Assembly (NCBI GenBank): GCA_964599375.1
Contig: CAZREW010000006.1
Coordinates: forward strand, 28,285 to 92,284
Direction of reading: 5' to 3'
From: an uncultured bacterium
GTDB taxonomy: Bacteria; Krumholzibacteriota; Krumholzibacteriia; Krumholzibacteriales; Krumholzibacteriaceae
DNA: 64,000 nt
In this document: positions 26,771 to 36,503 of the stretch, piece after piece
How the letters are laid out: each line of letters begins with the position of its first letter
Numbering within the stretch: the first letter of the stretch is position 1
Program-made: the position numbers and the translations under genes
The notes under the pieces: model-generated
What the model was told of the DNA's origin: nothing
Databases searched by the model: none
What the model saw: only the letters and a program-made list of their open reading frames with translations

Positions 26771-28658
26771 TCATACTCCCGAACAACGCGCTTGAGATAT
26801 TGATATCGTAGACATCGGTACCAGTGAATTCCATGATCAGGAAATCCGGACCGTACGACTTCACATCACCCGTATAGGGACTCCCGCAGATGTTGCTCTG
26901 CCTGATCCTGAGCGGGCCGAAATCGGCCGCGAGATCCAGCGATGTATATGAGTATTTCGGATCGACAGGCGTCACGCCCATGTCCTCGAAATACATAGTA
27001 GCCGCCCAGTCGGTAAAGAGCTCCTTGAAAGCGAAGCCGGTCACATACTCGATATTATCCGTGCCTGTCTTATTCGTCTGCACTATGTCGCGGAATATTC
27101 GATCGCCGAAACGGTCCCCGAGGTACCTGAAGAAGAGGAAACTTGCACCCCTCTCCTCGAGGTCGTCGCCTCCGTGGATCAGGGTGACATTGCCGGGATC
27201 GTTGAGGAAAAGGTTCGCCCGGCTGATATTGCTCCCATCGTGGCCGTTGAGGTCCTCGGCTATGTGAGCGAGCCCCTCGTCTACCCATAGCTCCGCCATA
27301 TACGCGCCGCTGTATCCGTTCCCGAAGATCAGCACCCGGTAGTTGAACATGATCATGTGTTCGAATTCGTGAGCGATCACGCCCACGATCACATCGAGAG
27401 CCTCGTCCTTGGGATGCACGTTCCCGTATAAACCGGTAGGATCGGGGACCATCGAATAGTATATCTCCATCCCGTTCGAAGCGCCTGTCGGAACGTATGC
27501 GGGCAACAGATCGCCCGGCATGAAGAAACCGGCTATATAGCCGGGAGTAGACCCGCCGGAAGGCGTCAGCTCGTTGACTACCGGCGTCAGCAGGATGACG
27601 ACTTTCCCGTCATGGTTGATGTCTGACTCTGACCCGAAACTCGAAGTATTGGTCGGATAGATATGATCCTCGAACTCCTGCCCCAGCGCCGCCGCCTCGT
27701 AATCGGTGATGCAGGAAACGTGCGTAGTCTGGTCGACGTAAAGAAGCGTATGCGTCCCCTCGTATTTAAGGTCAGCTGTCACTAGGGTAAAATCGGCAGG
27801 ATTGATAGTGCTGCCGTCGAAATTGCTGAAAACGAAGAACTCCTGCGCCTGCGGCTTAAGCATCGAAGACCGAGAGGGCGCAGGTTTCGTATAACCTTCA
27901 TCGATACCGGACTGCCCGCCGTGAAGAAGGCCGAGAGCTTCCTCCCACTTCTTCCGCTCGAACGATCTTGTGACCTCTCCGGACCCGGCAAGCAGAAGGG
28001 GGTCGAGCTTTATTGCGTCAGGACCGGCGTCAATTGCAGTATCAGGCCCGTCTGCTGGGGGGGCCGACGTGCAGGGTGTATTGTTGTCTACGGAATAGTT
28101 GACTGTCATATTCCTGTCGGGCGGCGTGGCGCTGTCGAACAGTATGAGGATGTATTCCTCGCCGGCCTGCAACGTCGAAAGAGAAAAATCATAATCCGAA
28201 TCGGCATAATAGATCTTCGCCACATCGCCACGGAGCAGCCTGATCGTGAAATCGAGCGAGTTCGAAGGGATCCTCGGCGGCGTGATATCAAAGGGTCCAC
28301 CGTAGACCGGGAATGGAGCCTCCACTCTGACTCCGCCGGTGAACGAGCCTTCAGGGACCTCTACCGTCAGGCTCGTGCGCGTCACCTCCGAGGGAACGGC
28401 GGTCCTGTTCGCGACGGAGCTTGAAAAGCCTGTAGCGGAAAATGTGACCAGATTCTGCGCGGGCTCTGCGCTGAAACCTTTCCCTTCGATCGTCACTACA
28501 TCCCCGGCGCTTGCCTGAGCCGGCGTTACCGAACTGATGGATATCTGCTCTCCGCCGCTCTGTGGATCATCACTGCAGCCTGACAGGCCGAACGCCGCGA
28601 CCACGAGCAGCAGGGAGTATACTGTGATTCCAGGGGATTTTGTTCCCAGATAACGCAT
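26745..28658 (-). CDS. Lipoprotein with N-terminal IPT/TIG-like domain and HExxH zinc-metalloprotease domain
   Basis: Start MRYLGTKSPGITVYSLLLVVAAFGLSGCSDD (lipobox LSGC; GAGGTAG RBS). ISISSVTPAQASAGDVVTIEGKGF is an IPT-like segment. VIAHEFEHMIMFN (HExxH) and GLAHIAE follow. Confidence 0.65.
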   Translation of the reverse strand: MRYLGTKSPGITVYSLLLVVAAFGLSGCSDDPQSGGEQISISSVTPAQASAGDVVTIEGKGFSAEPAQNLVTFSATGFSSSVANRTAVPSEVTRTSLTVEVPEGSFTGGVRVEAPFPVYGGPFDITPPRIPSNSLDFTIRLLRGDVAKIYYADSDYDFSLSTLQAGEEYILILFDSATPPDRNMTVNYSVDNNTPCTSAPPADGPDTAIDAGPDAIKLDPLLLAGSGEVTRSFERKKWEEALGLLHGGQSGIDEGYTKPAPSRSSMLKPQAQEFFVFSNFDGSTINPADFTLVTADLKYEGTHTLLYVDQTTHVSCITDYEAAALGQEFEDHIYPTNTSSFGSESDINHDGKVVILLTPVVNELTPSGGSTPGYIAGFFMPGDLLPAYVPTGASNGMEIYYSMVPDPTGLYGNVHPKDEALDVIVGVIAHEFEHMIMFNYRVLIFGNGYSGAYMAELWVDEGLAHIAEDLNGHDGSNISRANLFLNDPGNVTLIHGGDDLEERGASFLFFRYLGDRFGDRIFRDIVQTNKTGTDNIEYVTGFAFKELFTDWAATMYFEDMGVTPVDPKYSYTSLDLAADFGPLRIRQSNICGSPYTGDVKSYGPDFLIMEFTGTDVYDINISSALFGSMNAALIRIQ

Positions 28659-28813
28659 TTTATCTACCTCGGGCCGAGGACTTGCCGTGCGTGGCCGCGC
28701 GGATTGTGACGCCCCGCAGGGCCAGCAGATACAACTGTTCAGGAAGATAACAGTTTCGACCCGCCCTTTCAATCCCGACGGAAGCGCCCGCATGGCCAGA
28801 TTCTACGTAATAA

Positions 28814-28828
28814 GGCATATATCTTGCA
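28814..28828 (+). promoter_or_regulatory. Possible sigma-54 promoter (AGGCAT-N5-TTGCA)
   Basis: GG-N10-GC spacing is correct. The -12 TTGCA is perfect but the -24 is imperfect. Lies ~55 nt upstream of ATG 28883. Confidence 0.3.
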
Positions 28829-28882
28829 GTTAACCCCCTGAACCAGTACGCCCTGAACACATACTCGAACCAGGCAACCCGA

Positions 28883-30346
28883 ATGATATCACTTGAACTC
28901 GACATAATATGCTCTGACTCCGATGTCCTGGGGACCACAGCAACAGACTGCGCTGAATCAGGATGGGAAGTGTCGAAGTTCTCCAGCGTGAGCGATTTCG
29001 TATCGAAAAGAGAGAAATCGGCCCCGCCCGCACTTATATTTGCCGGATCGGAAGTCGCCGGAAACAAGGACATCACTCCGGACGTCAAGACTCTGATAAG
29101 CTGGCACGGCCGGAATCCCGCCACCCAGCTTATCCTGCTGATACCGGAGGGCCTGAAAAACGAGGACAATGTCGCGCTGAGCCTGGGTGCGCGGCACCAG
29201 CTTCACATGCCATACGAGAGACGGGGCCTTCATCTTATCCTCAGCCAGATCGCCAGTGGCCTGGGTAAGCGCAAGCTTGATGAGGCCATCCGGGAAAGAG
29301 TGGCTAAACCGGAAGGGTTCGATGACATCATTGGCGTCAGCGATGCAATGCAGGAAATAATCGCCCTGGCGATCAAGGTCGGAAAAAGCGACTGCACATC
29401 GGTCATGATCACCGGCGAGAATGGCACCGGCAAGGGAGCCCTCGCTGGAGCCATCCATCAGATAAGTGCCAGGTCCTCCGGGCCGCTCATAGAGGTCAAC
29501 TGCGCGGCGATCCCTGCCAAGCTGCTTGAAAGCGAGTTCTTCGGCTACGAGAAGGGTGCTTTTACCGATGCCAAGGAAAGAAAGATGGGGCTGTTCGAGG
29601 TCGCCAACGGGGGGTCTATATTTCTCGATGAGGTCGGTGAGATCGACTTCAACCTCCAGGCAAAGCTCCTCAAGTTCCTCGATTCGAGGACTATAAGGAG
29701 GGTCAGCGGCACCCAGTTCCTGCCCGTAGACGTCAGAGTGATCTCAGCTACAAACAGAGACCTGAAGGCTGACGTTGAACTCAAGCGGTTCCGGGCCGAC
29801 CTCTATTACAGGCTCAACGTCGTGGAAATAAGGATCCCTCCGCTTCGAAACCGCAGGGAGGATATCCGCCCCATCGCCGAGACGTACACGAAAAAGTTCT
29901 CCAGCCGCCTGAAGAAGGGGGGTGTCACCCTCTCGAAAGACGCTTTCTCGCTTCTCGAGCGATACTCATGGCCTGGTAACATCAGGGAGCTGATAAATCT
30001 CATCGAGCGCGCAGTCCTCCTCAACACGACCGGGACCATTCATGCTTCCGACCTGCCGATCGACACGGAGACCCGCATTGAGGAAACAACCTGCCATGTC
30101 AAGAAAGAGAACGGAACCCTGAAGATCGATATTCCACCCGAAGGAGTCAGCCTCGAGCAGGTTGAAAAGGCAGTGATCGTAGGGACCCTGCTCAGGACTG
30201 AGGGTAATATCACCCGCGCGGCCCACCTTCTTGGGGTAGAACGGGGAACGCTGAGATACAAGATGAAGAAACACGGAATAGACGCTCACGAGCTTAAGGA
30301 AAAAATCAAAACCGGCGAATATGAGCCGGCTTGTATAACAAACTGA
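28883..30346 (+). CDS. Sigma-54-dependent activator (EBP) with atypical receiver-like N-terminus; GAFTDA loop variant
   Basis: GENGTGKGA P-loop, GAFTDA in place of GAFTGA, RFRADLYYRL, C-terminal HTH (ITRAAHLLGVERGTLRYKMKK). Confidence 0.75.
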   Translation: MISLELDIICSDSDVLGTTATDCAESGWEVSKFSSVSDFVSKREKSAPPALIFAGSEVAGNKDITPDVKTLISWHGRNPATQLILLIPEGLKNEDNVALSLGARHQLHMPYERRGLHLILSQIASGLGKRKLDEAIRERVAKPEGFDDIIGVSDAMQEIIALAIKVGKSDCTSVMITGENGTGKGALAGAIHQISARSSGPLIEVNCAAIPAKLLESEFFGYEKGAFTDAKERKMGLFEVANGGSIFLDEVGEIDFNLQAKLLKFLDSRTIRRVSGTQFLPVDVRVISATNRDLKADVELKRFRADLYYRLNVVEIRIPPLRNRREDIRPIAETYTKKFSSRLKKGGVTLSKDAFSLLERYSWPGNIRELINLIERAVLLNTTGTIHASDLPIDTETRIEETTCHVKKENGTLKIDIPPEGVSLEQVEKAVIVGTLLRTEGNITRAAHLLGVERGTLRYKMKKHGIDAHELKEKIKTGEYEPACITN

Positions 30347-30618
30347 AAACACTGATAGTTACAGCTACAATATCTCACGCACTCGAAAAACTCCCCCGAC
30401 AGATTCAGAAATAATCCCAATCCGGTTTTTCGACCGGACCCTCCGTACCACTCTAATTCCGCAGACGATCACTTTTTCACGGCATCATAGACCCGTTTTT
30501 TCGAACTCGCATCTGCTTGCCTTGCAATGAGTTCCAGCCCGGCTATTTCTGACTGACAACATAAATTGACACGCCGGACCCGTCCAGCGACGCCCTCTGC
30601 CCGCCTGTTTTCGGCCCG

Positions 30619-30633
30619 TGGCACCCGCGTTGC
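30619..30633 (+). promoter_or_regulatory. Sigma-54 promoter (TGGCAC-CCGCG-TTGC), consensus match
   Basis: Perfect -24 and -12 elements with N5 spacing, 62 nt upstream of ATG 30695. Confidence 0.65.
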
Positions 30634-30694
30634 CTTATACCGGTGCAGAGATCGAAAGTAGTTTTTAACCAAAGACCCCAAGGAGGTGGGAGAA

Positions 30695-31246
30695 ATGTCA
30701 GGACGAACCATAGCCCACAAATTCCTCACCGTTTCAACCTTCCTCAGTGTACTGGCTGCCATGGGTTGTGGATCCTACTCTCCTGTAACCCCCTCACAGG
30801 ATGACACTACGCCCGGTGTTGAGTTCCCCGTTTTCGTCCAGGTTCTCACCACCTCCGCGGGATCTTCTGGTCGAGATATGATGCAGACCACCTCAACCTC
30901 CGTCTCCATGGTGATTTCAGCTGAACTGGGCGGGACTGTGACAAACGGCTACGTCAGTTTGTACTTCCCGCCCGGTGCCCTCGATGTGGACACCGAGATA
31001 ACCATGGACATGCCCATGTACCCTCAGGCAATGGTTGAGCTGGGCCCCCACGGCATAGAGTTCAACAAAGCCGTGATCATGACCCTGCCCCTGGACAAGC
31101 TCGACTCAGACGCGACATCCTACAGGACGCTCTGGAACAATGAGATCGAAGGGATATGGGTAGACATAGGTGGACACGTCGAAAACGGCAACATAGTCTC
31201 GAAACTCGAGCACTTCAGTGATTATGGATATTTAGATCAGGGTTGA
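30695..31246 (+). CDS. Hypothetical lipoprotein (sigma-54-dependent by promoter)
   Basis: GGAGGTGG RBS before ATG 30695. Lipobox AAMGCGS. Confidence 0.6.
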   Translation: MSGRTIAHKFLTVSTFLSVLAAMGCGSYSPVTPSQDDTTPGVEFPVFVQVLTTSAGSSGRDMMQTTSTSVSMVISAELGGTVTNGYVSLYFPPGALDVDTEITMDMPMYPQAMVELGPHGIEFNKAVIMTLPLDKLDSDATSYRTLWNNEIEGIWVDIGGHVENGNIVSKLEHFSDYGYLDQG

Positions 31247-31272
31247 TTTAAATAAGAAACCTCACTTCTCTT

Positions 31273-31300
31273 AAAACCCTCTCTTTTGAGAGGGTTTTTT
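31273..31300 (+). terminator. Intrinsic terminator
   Basis: AAAACCCTCTC-TTTT-GAGAGGGTTTTTT. Confidence 0.8.
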
Positions 31301-31337
31301 ATTGATTTTCTCAAAGTACTTCTTAAAATCCCATTCC

Positions 31338-34300
31338 ATGGTTGAGAAGTATGGATTTCCTTTAAGGTACAGCAAGTTATCGACACTGGGTTCTGGTGGA
31401 ATCGGAACGGTTTTCAAAGCTTTCGACTCCCAACTTGACAAAGAAATCGCCATAAAGATTCTGAATAATCTAGATCGCGATCTATCAGCTTCTTTAGAGA
31501 ACGAATTCTCCACGCTGATCTCGCTGAACCATCCCAATTTGATAAAGGTATATGATTTCGGTCAGAGTGATTCAGGGCATTCATACTTCACTATGGATTT
31601 AATTCATGGGCAAAATTTAAATGATTATTTCTCATCTTCTTTGAAAGTCAGTTCTACCACTGATATTCTCGTGGGCATTCTTGATGCCCTTAGCTATTTG
31701 TCAAAAAGAAACATAATACACGGAGATATCAAACCTGAGAACATACTCATTCCTGATGGAAACGATTCACACCCAGTGCTTGTAGATTTTGGGCTTGCTC
31801 TTATTGCAGATTCAAATCAAGACAAAGTGTTCGGGACACCAAGATTTCTTGCTCCGGAGATCCTGTTATCAAAACAGTATTCCTCAAAAAGCGATCTTTA
31901 TGCTCTTGGACACACATTTATAGAAAGCTTAACAAAGCACAAGACAGTACTTGCTCATGAGTTGACTGATAGTTATCTAAGCGATGCATATGAATCTCTA
32001 TGTTACCTCTTCGAAGAGAGGGACATTGAATATCCGAGGAATCTAGCTTCATTCATTGTCAGTCTCTCCAATCCATCTCTTTCTTTACGTCCAGACACTA
32101 TTTCACAAGCTATTCTTAAACTATCGACAATTTCTACGCCTTCATGCGAAGCAAACACAATTCTTAACCCTGAATACGTTGCTCGAGAAGAAATCGACAA
32201 TTCTATTGAAATATTTATAGATAAGAACAGTTTTGACAATAGATCTCTTTTACTTGAAGGCCCTATTGGTACCGGAAAGAGAACACTGATGGGAAGAGCT
32301 ATCAGTAAAGCTCAGTTATTGAAATTCAAGGTTTTAATGTATAGCGATATTCCTGAAGAAAGATTCTCTCTAAATGTTTTTATAGATTCGCTCTCAATGA
32401 ATCTGCCTGCTCCGCTGAGTAATAATTTGTTTGAACAACACAACCGACTTTTAAATAGCATCAAGAAGGCTGAAGCAACTCCAGACCTTGATAACCTGGG
32501 AGTAATTTATAGCAATATCATTGAACATATTTCGCTCCTTTCAAAGGAACAGCCGGTATTAATCGTTATTCCAAACATCGAAAGTCATGGAACTGATACC
32601 TTAAGATTTATCAAGCACTTAGTAGACGAAATAGACTATCTCGGCGCGAAGGCAAAGATTCTCTTATCTCATTCAACAGATCACATTCGTGACAACACTT
32701 TTTACGAACAACTAAGTTCGCTTAAACACAATCTATCTCTCCTACATATTCGAGGATTTAGTGCATCAGAAATAAAACAGTACTGTCACAATATTTTTGG
32801 ATGCGATTTGTTTACAAATGGAGAAATCAATTCCTTTTTGTCTATCACAAATGGGAATCCTCAATATCTTTTCGACTACTTAAACTACCTGATAATGAAC
32901 GGAATCATTACTAAGAATGAGCGAACATATTATGCGGACCATAAACAAATAAATAGGACATATTCTCTGACTAGAAATGATGTAATCGTTGATAGTATAA
33001 TTTCTCATTTACTCCCTGATGAATTGCATTTCCTTCAATTACTTTCTATTTATGATTATCCAATTGACATCACTCATATGAAATTTTTTATCTCCTATGA
33101 TCTGCCAACTATAATCGATACTTGTGAAATTGCATCATTAATAGAAACGCACAACGGCATAATATGTTTGAAGTCCCCAGCCTTTAAATATCACCTCAAT
33201 AATAATATTAATGATTCTTTACAAATATCGCTTAATCGAATCCTTGCTGATTATTCAGTTAAAGCTAACCCAAATAACTACGCATTAATAGCAAATCATT
33301 ATATCAAGGCGCATGCAATAGATGAGGCCTATGAATACGCAACCAGAGCATATGAAAAGCACCTTGCGCAACATGAGTATTATTCAGCCTATAATCTATT
33401 TGTTTCTCTTAGTAATTTGATTGAAGACATTAATAGTACAGAGATCAAAATTGATATATTGGAAAAATTGAGTTCTCTGGAGTTCACACTGGGGTATTCA
33501 GACGATTCTCTAAATAACTATTTAAAGCTAATAGATATATCTACTGACCAAATTTCTATTGCTAGGTATTACAACAAAATCGGGCGTATAGAGCGCTACT
33601 TCAGAGGAAATACGAATAAGGCAGTCGAATATTTTAATCGTGCTCTTGACATAGCCAAAAAGAATGCAGCAACTGAAGTTGAAGCCGAGGCATTGCTGTC
33701 TCTTGGACTCGCATTACAAAATGCTTCGTTTGTGGAAGCATCAGCCGATCTTTCTAAAGGAATTCTTTTAAATCAATATGTTCGTGCTTTAGGAATAGCT
33801 ATGCAATTGTACACTTTTTCAGGGAATTCAGAGAAATGCCAAACAATTGAGGTAGAACTTGATAGGTACCTCTCAACCGATGATCCAACTATTCTTTCAT
33901 ATATATACGATGCAAAATACCTATACTCATTCTATACAGGTGTCTATTCGGTAGCTGACACCATGCTTCGAAACCTTATCGATCTTGCAAAACGCTCATT
34001 TAATGAAACGGCGCGCATCCGACACCTGAATGCTCTGGGAAGCATATATTACTCTCAAGGCAAATTTAGGCTCCAAATCGATACATTAAGGAATGCTTAT
34101 CATCTTGTTAATAAATATCAATTCCCCCTGCATAGAATACTGACTCTTTCCAACATGGCATTAGCCCATGTTGCACTTGCAGAATATTCAATAGCCATTC
34201 GGTTGATTATCGAAGTTAGATCATACGCAGAAAAGCATAAGTTGTCTAATATACCAACTTACCATTATTCTATTGGAGCTGGAGCATTCATGCCACTCGG

Positions 34301-34934
34301 CAAACTACAAAACGTTAATTTTCATAGATATCTAGAGTTGCTCAAGGAAACAGCGGAAAAGTCCAAAAATATTATCAGCCTTGGCCACATGGATCTTAAA
34401 TATGGAGACTATTACTACTTTGCAGATCAGTCCAATGATTCGAAGAAACATTATTTAAAGTCAATCGACATTTTTCGAACCACGAACGCCAAAGACGACA
34501 TGCTGGAGGCTTTGCTGAAGCTTTCGCTTGTGCACAGGAACATTAACGATCACAAAATGGCGCATGACTATGCGAGGCAAGCGGCGAAGATATTCAGGGA
34601 GATTAATTGCGGGTATCTGAAGCCGCTGTACAGCTATGTCATGGCGTTGAACGAGTGCCACGATGATCCCGAGTCCCTGGCCCCGATGCTGGAGGCGATA
34701 AACGTCTCCAGGGCATTCGGGACCAGGGAGTGGACATGGCAGATCCAGTTTCACCTGGCGCGGCTGTACAGAGAGGCTGGCGACATCTCCAATTCAGTGA
34801 AATACTGCAGGGAATCGATCAACACCCTCAAGGAGATAACCGAATCGTTCGACGATCCGGACCAGACATCCTCCTACCTGCAGGTGCCGCTCAGGCGTCA
34901 GGTCTTCGATTTCGTGAAGTCCTTGAGATCCTGA
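31338..34934 (+). CDS. Hanks-type Ser/Thr protein kinase fused to STAND/AAA-like NTPase and TPR repeats (PknK-like architecture); AT-rich, mosaic GC
   Basis: Kinase motifs GSGGIGTVF, IAIKIL, HGDIKPEN (non-RD), DFGLA, GTPRFLAPE. P-loop LLEGPIGTGKRT. Long TPR-like C-terminus. The first ~3.15 kb is AT-rich and the last ~450 nt are GC-rich. ATG 31338 preferred over TTG 31302, which overlaps the upstream terminator. Confidence 0.8.
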   Translation: MVEKYGFPLRYSKLSTLGSGGIGTVFKAFDSQLDKEIAIKILNNLDRDLSASLENEFSTLISLNHPNLIKVYDFGQSDSGHSYFTMDLIHGQNLNDYFSSSLKVSSTTDILVGILDALSYLSKRNIIHGDIKPENILIPDGNDSHPVLVDFGLALIADSNQDKVFGTPRFLAPEILLSKQYSSKSDLYALGHTFIESLTKHKTVLAHELTDSYLSDAYESLCYLFEERDIEYPRNLASFIVSLSNPSLSLRPDTISQAILKLSTISTPSCEANTILNPEYVAREEIDNSIEIFIDKNSFDNRSLLLEGPIGTGKRTLMGRAISKAQLLKFKVLMYSDIPEERFSLNVFIDSLSMNLPAPLSNNLFEQHNRLLNSIKKAEATPDLDNLGVIYSNIIEHISLLSKEQPVLIVIPNIESHGTDTLRFIKHLVDEIDYLGAKAKILLSHSTDHIRDNTFYEQLSSLKHNLSLLHIRGFSASEIKQYCHNIFGCDLFTNGEINSFLSITNGNPQYLFDYLNYLIMNGIITKNERTYYADHKQINRTYSLTRNDVIVDSIISHLLPDELHFLQLLSIYDYPIDITHMKFFISYDLPTIIDTCEIASLIETHNGIICLKSPAFKYHLNNNINDSLQISLNRILADYSVKANPNNYALIANHYIKAHAIDEAYEYATRAYEKHLAQHEYYSAYNLFVSLSNLIEDINSTEIKIDILEKLSSLEFTLGYSDDSLNNYLKLIDISTDQISIARYYNKIGRIERYFRGNTNKAVEYFNRALDIAKKNAATEVEAEALLSLGLALQNASFVEASADLSKGILLNQYVRALGIAMQLYTFSGNSEKCQTIEVELDRYLSTDDPTILSYIYDAKYLYSFYTGVYSVADTMLRNLIDLAKRSFNETARIRHLNALGSIYYSQGKFRLQIDTLRNAYHLVNKYQFPLHRILTLSNMALAHVALAEYSIAIRLIIEVRSYAEKHKLSNIPTYHYSIGAGAFMPLGKLQNVNFHRYLELLKETAEKSKNIISLGHMDLKYGDYYYFADQSNDSKKHYLKSIDIFRTTNAKDDMLEALLKLSLVHRNINDHKMAHDYARQAAKIFREINCGYLKPLYSYVMALNECHDDPESLAPMLEAINVSRAFGTREWTWQIQFHLARLYREAGDISNSVKYCRESINTLKEITESFDDPDQTSSYLQVPLRRQVFDFVKSLRS

Positions 34935-35266
34935 TCCTGGTCCGCGTATCTTCTGGTCCTCAGGAAGGGCGCAACGAATGAGCTGACAAGTATCAACGCG
35001 CCCGCGGACAACGTGTCTTCCACGAACATGCTTGCCACTATTGCGATAATAAGGACCGTCATCGACCATCGATATCCCTTTAACCGCCTGATGACACCCC
35101 TCGAGGTGAAATCGCCGAACAGGAAGAGCGACAGAGCCAGCAGCGGCATAAGGAACAGGTACATCCTTTCACCGGACATACTGCTCGAACTCAGCAGGTC
35201 GACTGTCACTATCAGGATGAAACAGAACAGGTAGCAATAGACGAATCTTGTTGAAGTCTTCATCAT
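34898..35266 (-). CDS. Small hypothetical membrane protein
   Basis: 122 aa, ~3 TM. Overlaps the kinase 3' end by 37 nt. Weak RBS. Confidence 0.35.
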   Translation of the reverse strand: MMKTSTRFVYCYLFCFILIVTVDLLSSSSMSGERMYLFLMPLLALSLFLFGDFTSRGVIRRLKGYRWSMTVLIIAIVASMFVEDTLSAGALILVSSFVAPFLRTRRYADQDQDLKDFTKSKT

Positions 35267-35950
35267 TCACCAACCCATATATACGGTAAAGGCGCAAGAG
35301 ATCATCGCCACGACCAGGGATCCGGTACAGCATTTGGCCGTGCAGGGGCCCCAGGCGGGCCCGGTGATCCAGCATACCGTCGCGCATCCCGAGCAGCCGG
35401 CAACAAACCGGCCGGTGACACACCGCCAGTAACGCTTGCTGGCTTCGCTTCGCTCGATGAGCTCGAGCTTGAGACCCTGGCTAGCCTCATCACCGAGCAT
35501 CGAAAGACCGGTCCTTTCATCTATCGGATGGGCGATCTGGTATTCTTCACATTCGTAGTACTCGGCGGCCGTGACCGCGCATCCCTCATCACCGCGGAAA
35601 TATTCGATAATGGCAACCCTGGAATCATCCCCCGGGACCGAGCATGGGATAAGCGTCATGTGCCCGATCTTTCCCGTGGCCGGATCGACTGCCTTGAAGT
35701 GGGCCGCGTCGCCGGACCAGACCTGATAGCCCTTCTCCTCGAGCAGCCTGTCGAATATCGAGTGCCATGGAGTTTCCCTGAACGAAGCGACTTCACTTGC
35801 GGTCCGGGTCTCGTCGTAGCTCACTACCAGCCTGTCCTCCAGTTTTGTATCGGGTTCAGCGGGACCGGCTGGATCTGGCGATTTCTCGCATGAGACGGCC
35901 AGGGCCAGGATCATCGCGAACAGCAGGAAGAGAAAACCTTTCGATGTCAT
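35267..35950 (-). CDS. Hypothetical lipoprotein with Cys-rich C-terminus
   Basis: GGAGGA RBS 4 nt before ATG. Lipobox LAVSCEK. C-terminal CxxC-rich segment. Confidence 0.6.
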   Translation of the reverse strand: MTSKGFLFLLFAMILALAVSCEKSPDPAGPAEPDTKLEDRLVVSYDETRTASEVASFRETPWHSIFDRLLEEKGYQVWSGDAAHFKAVDPATGKIGHMTLIPCSVPGDDSRVAIIEYFRGDEGCAVTAAEYYECEEYQIAHPIDERTGLSMLGDEASQGLKLELIERSEASKRYWRCVTGRFVAGCSGCATVCWITGPAWGPCTAKCCTGSLVVAMISCAFTVYMGW

Positions 35951-36503
35951 GTCATCCTCCAGAAAAAGGTGAATCGTCCCCCGCTTCTCAAGTCAATGAT
36001 CCAAAGGAATCGCCTCCTCAGTTCGCGCACCGATATAAGACATAAAATAAGAACCACCTTATCTACGGCATTGTTGCGCGATGGGGGGACTCAGAGCGGC
36101 ACCGTAGAAAGCGGATGGTTCTTATTTGAAACACCTTACCTATTGGTCCGGCCTTTCAGAAAGCGTCGCTGTGACGCGGTTTGATACATATGCCAATATC
36201 ACTATCCGTGCCATATTTGCCGGCTGTCCGGACGTCATGGCTCCGCGCCGGGAATGTCTCTGCAATGTCCTGTATATTATTAAGTTACGTTTTCGCGTCG
36301 CTCGATCGGTCTGAGCTGCCTGGATATCCGCGGGACATCGCCTCTGTTCACGGTGTTTCCCGGCATCGGACATGATGACTGGCAACCTTTTGTAACTCGG
36401 GATCTTGCCAGACAAGGCAAGGGTGTTCACGGCATGAACAACATGAACATATCGGGCGTGAACACATTCGGATATTGCGGTAATTGCGGGGCAGTGGGAT
36501 ATA

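Noticed and set aside
31302-31337. TTG start of the kinase gene
   Set aside because: Overlaps the upstream intrinsic terminator T-run. The in-frame ATG at 31338 was preferred.
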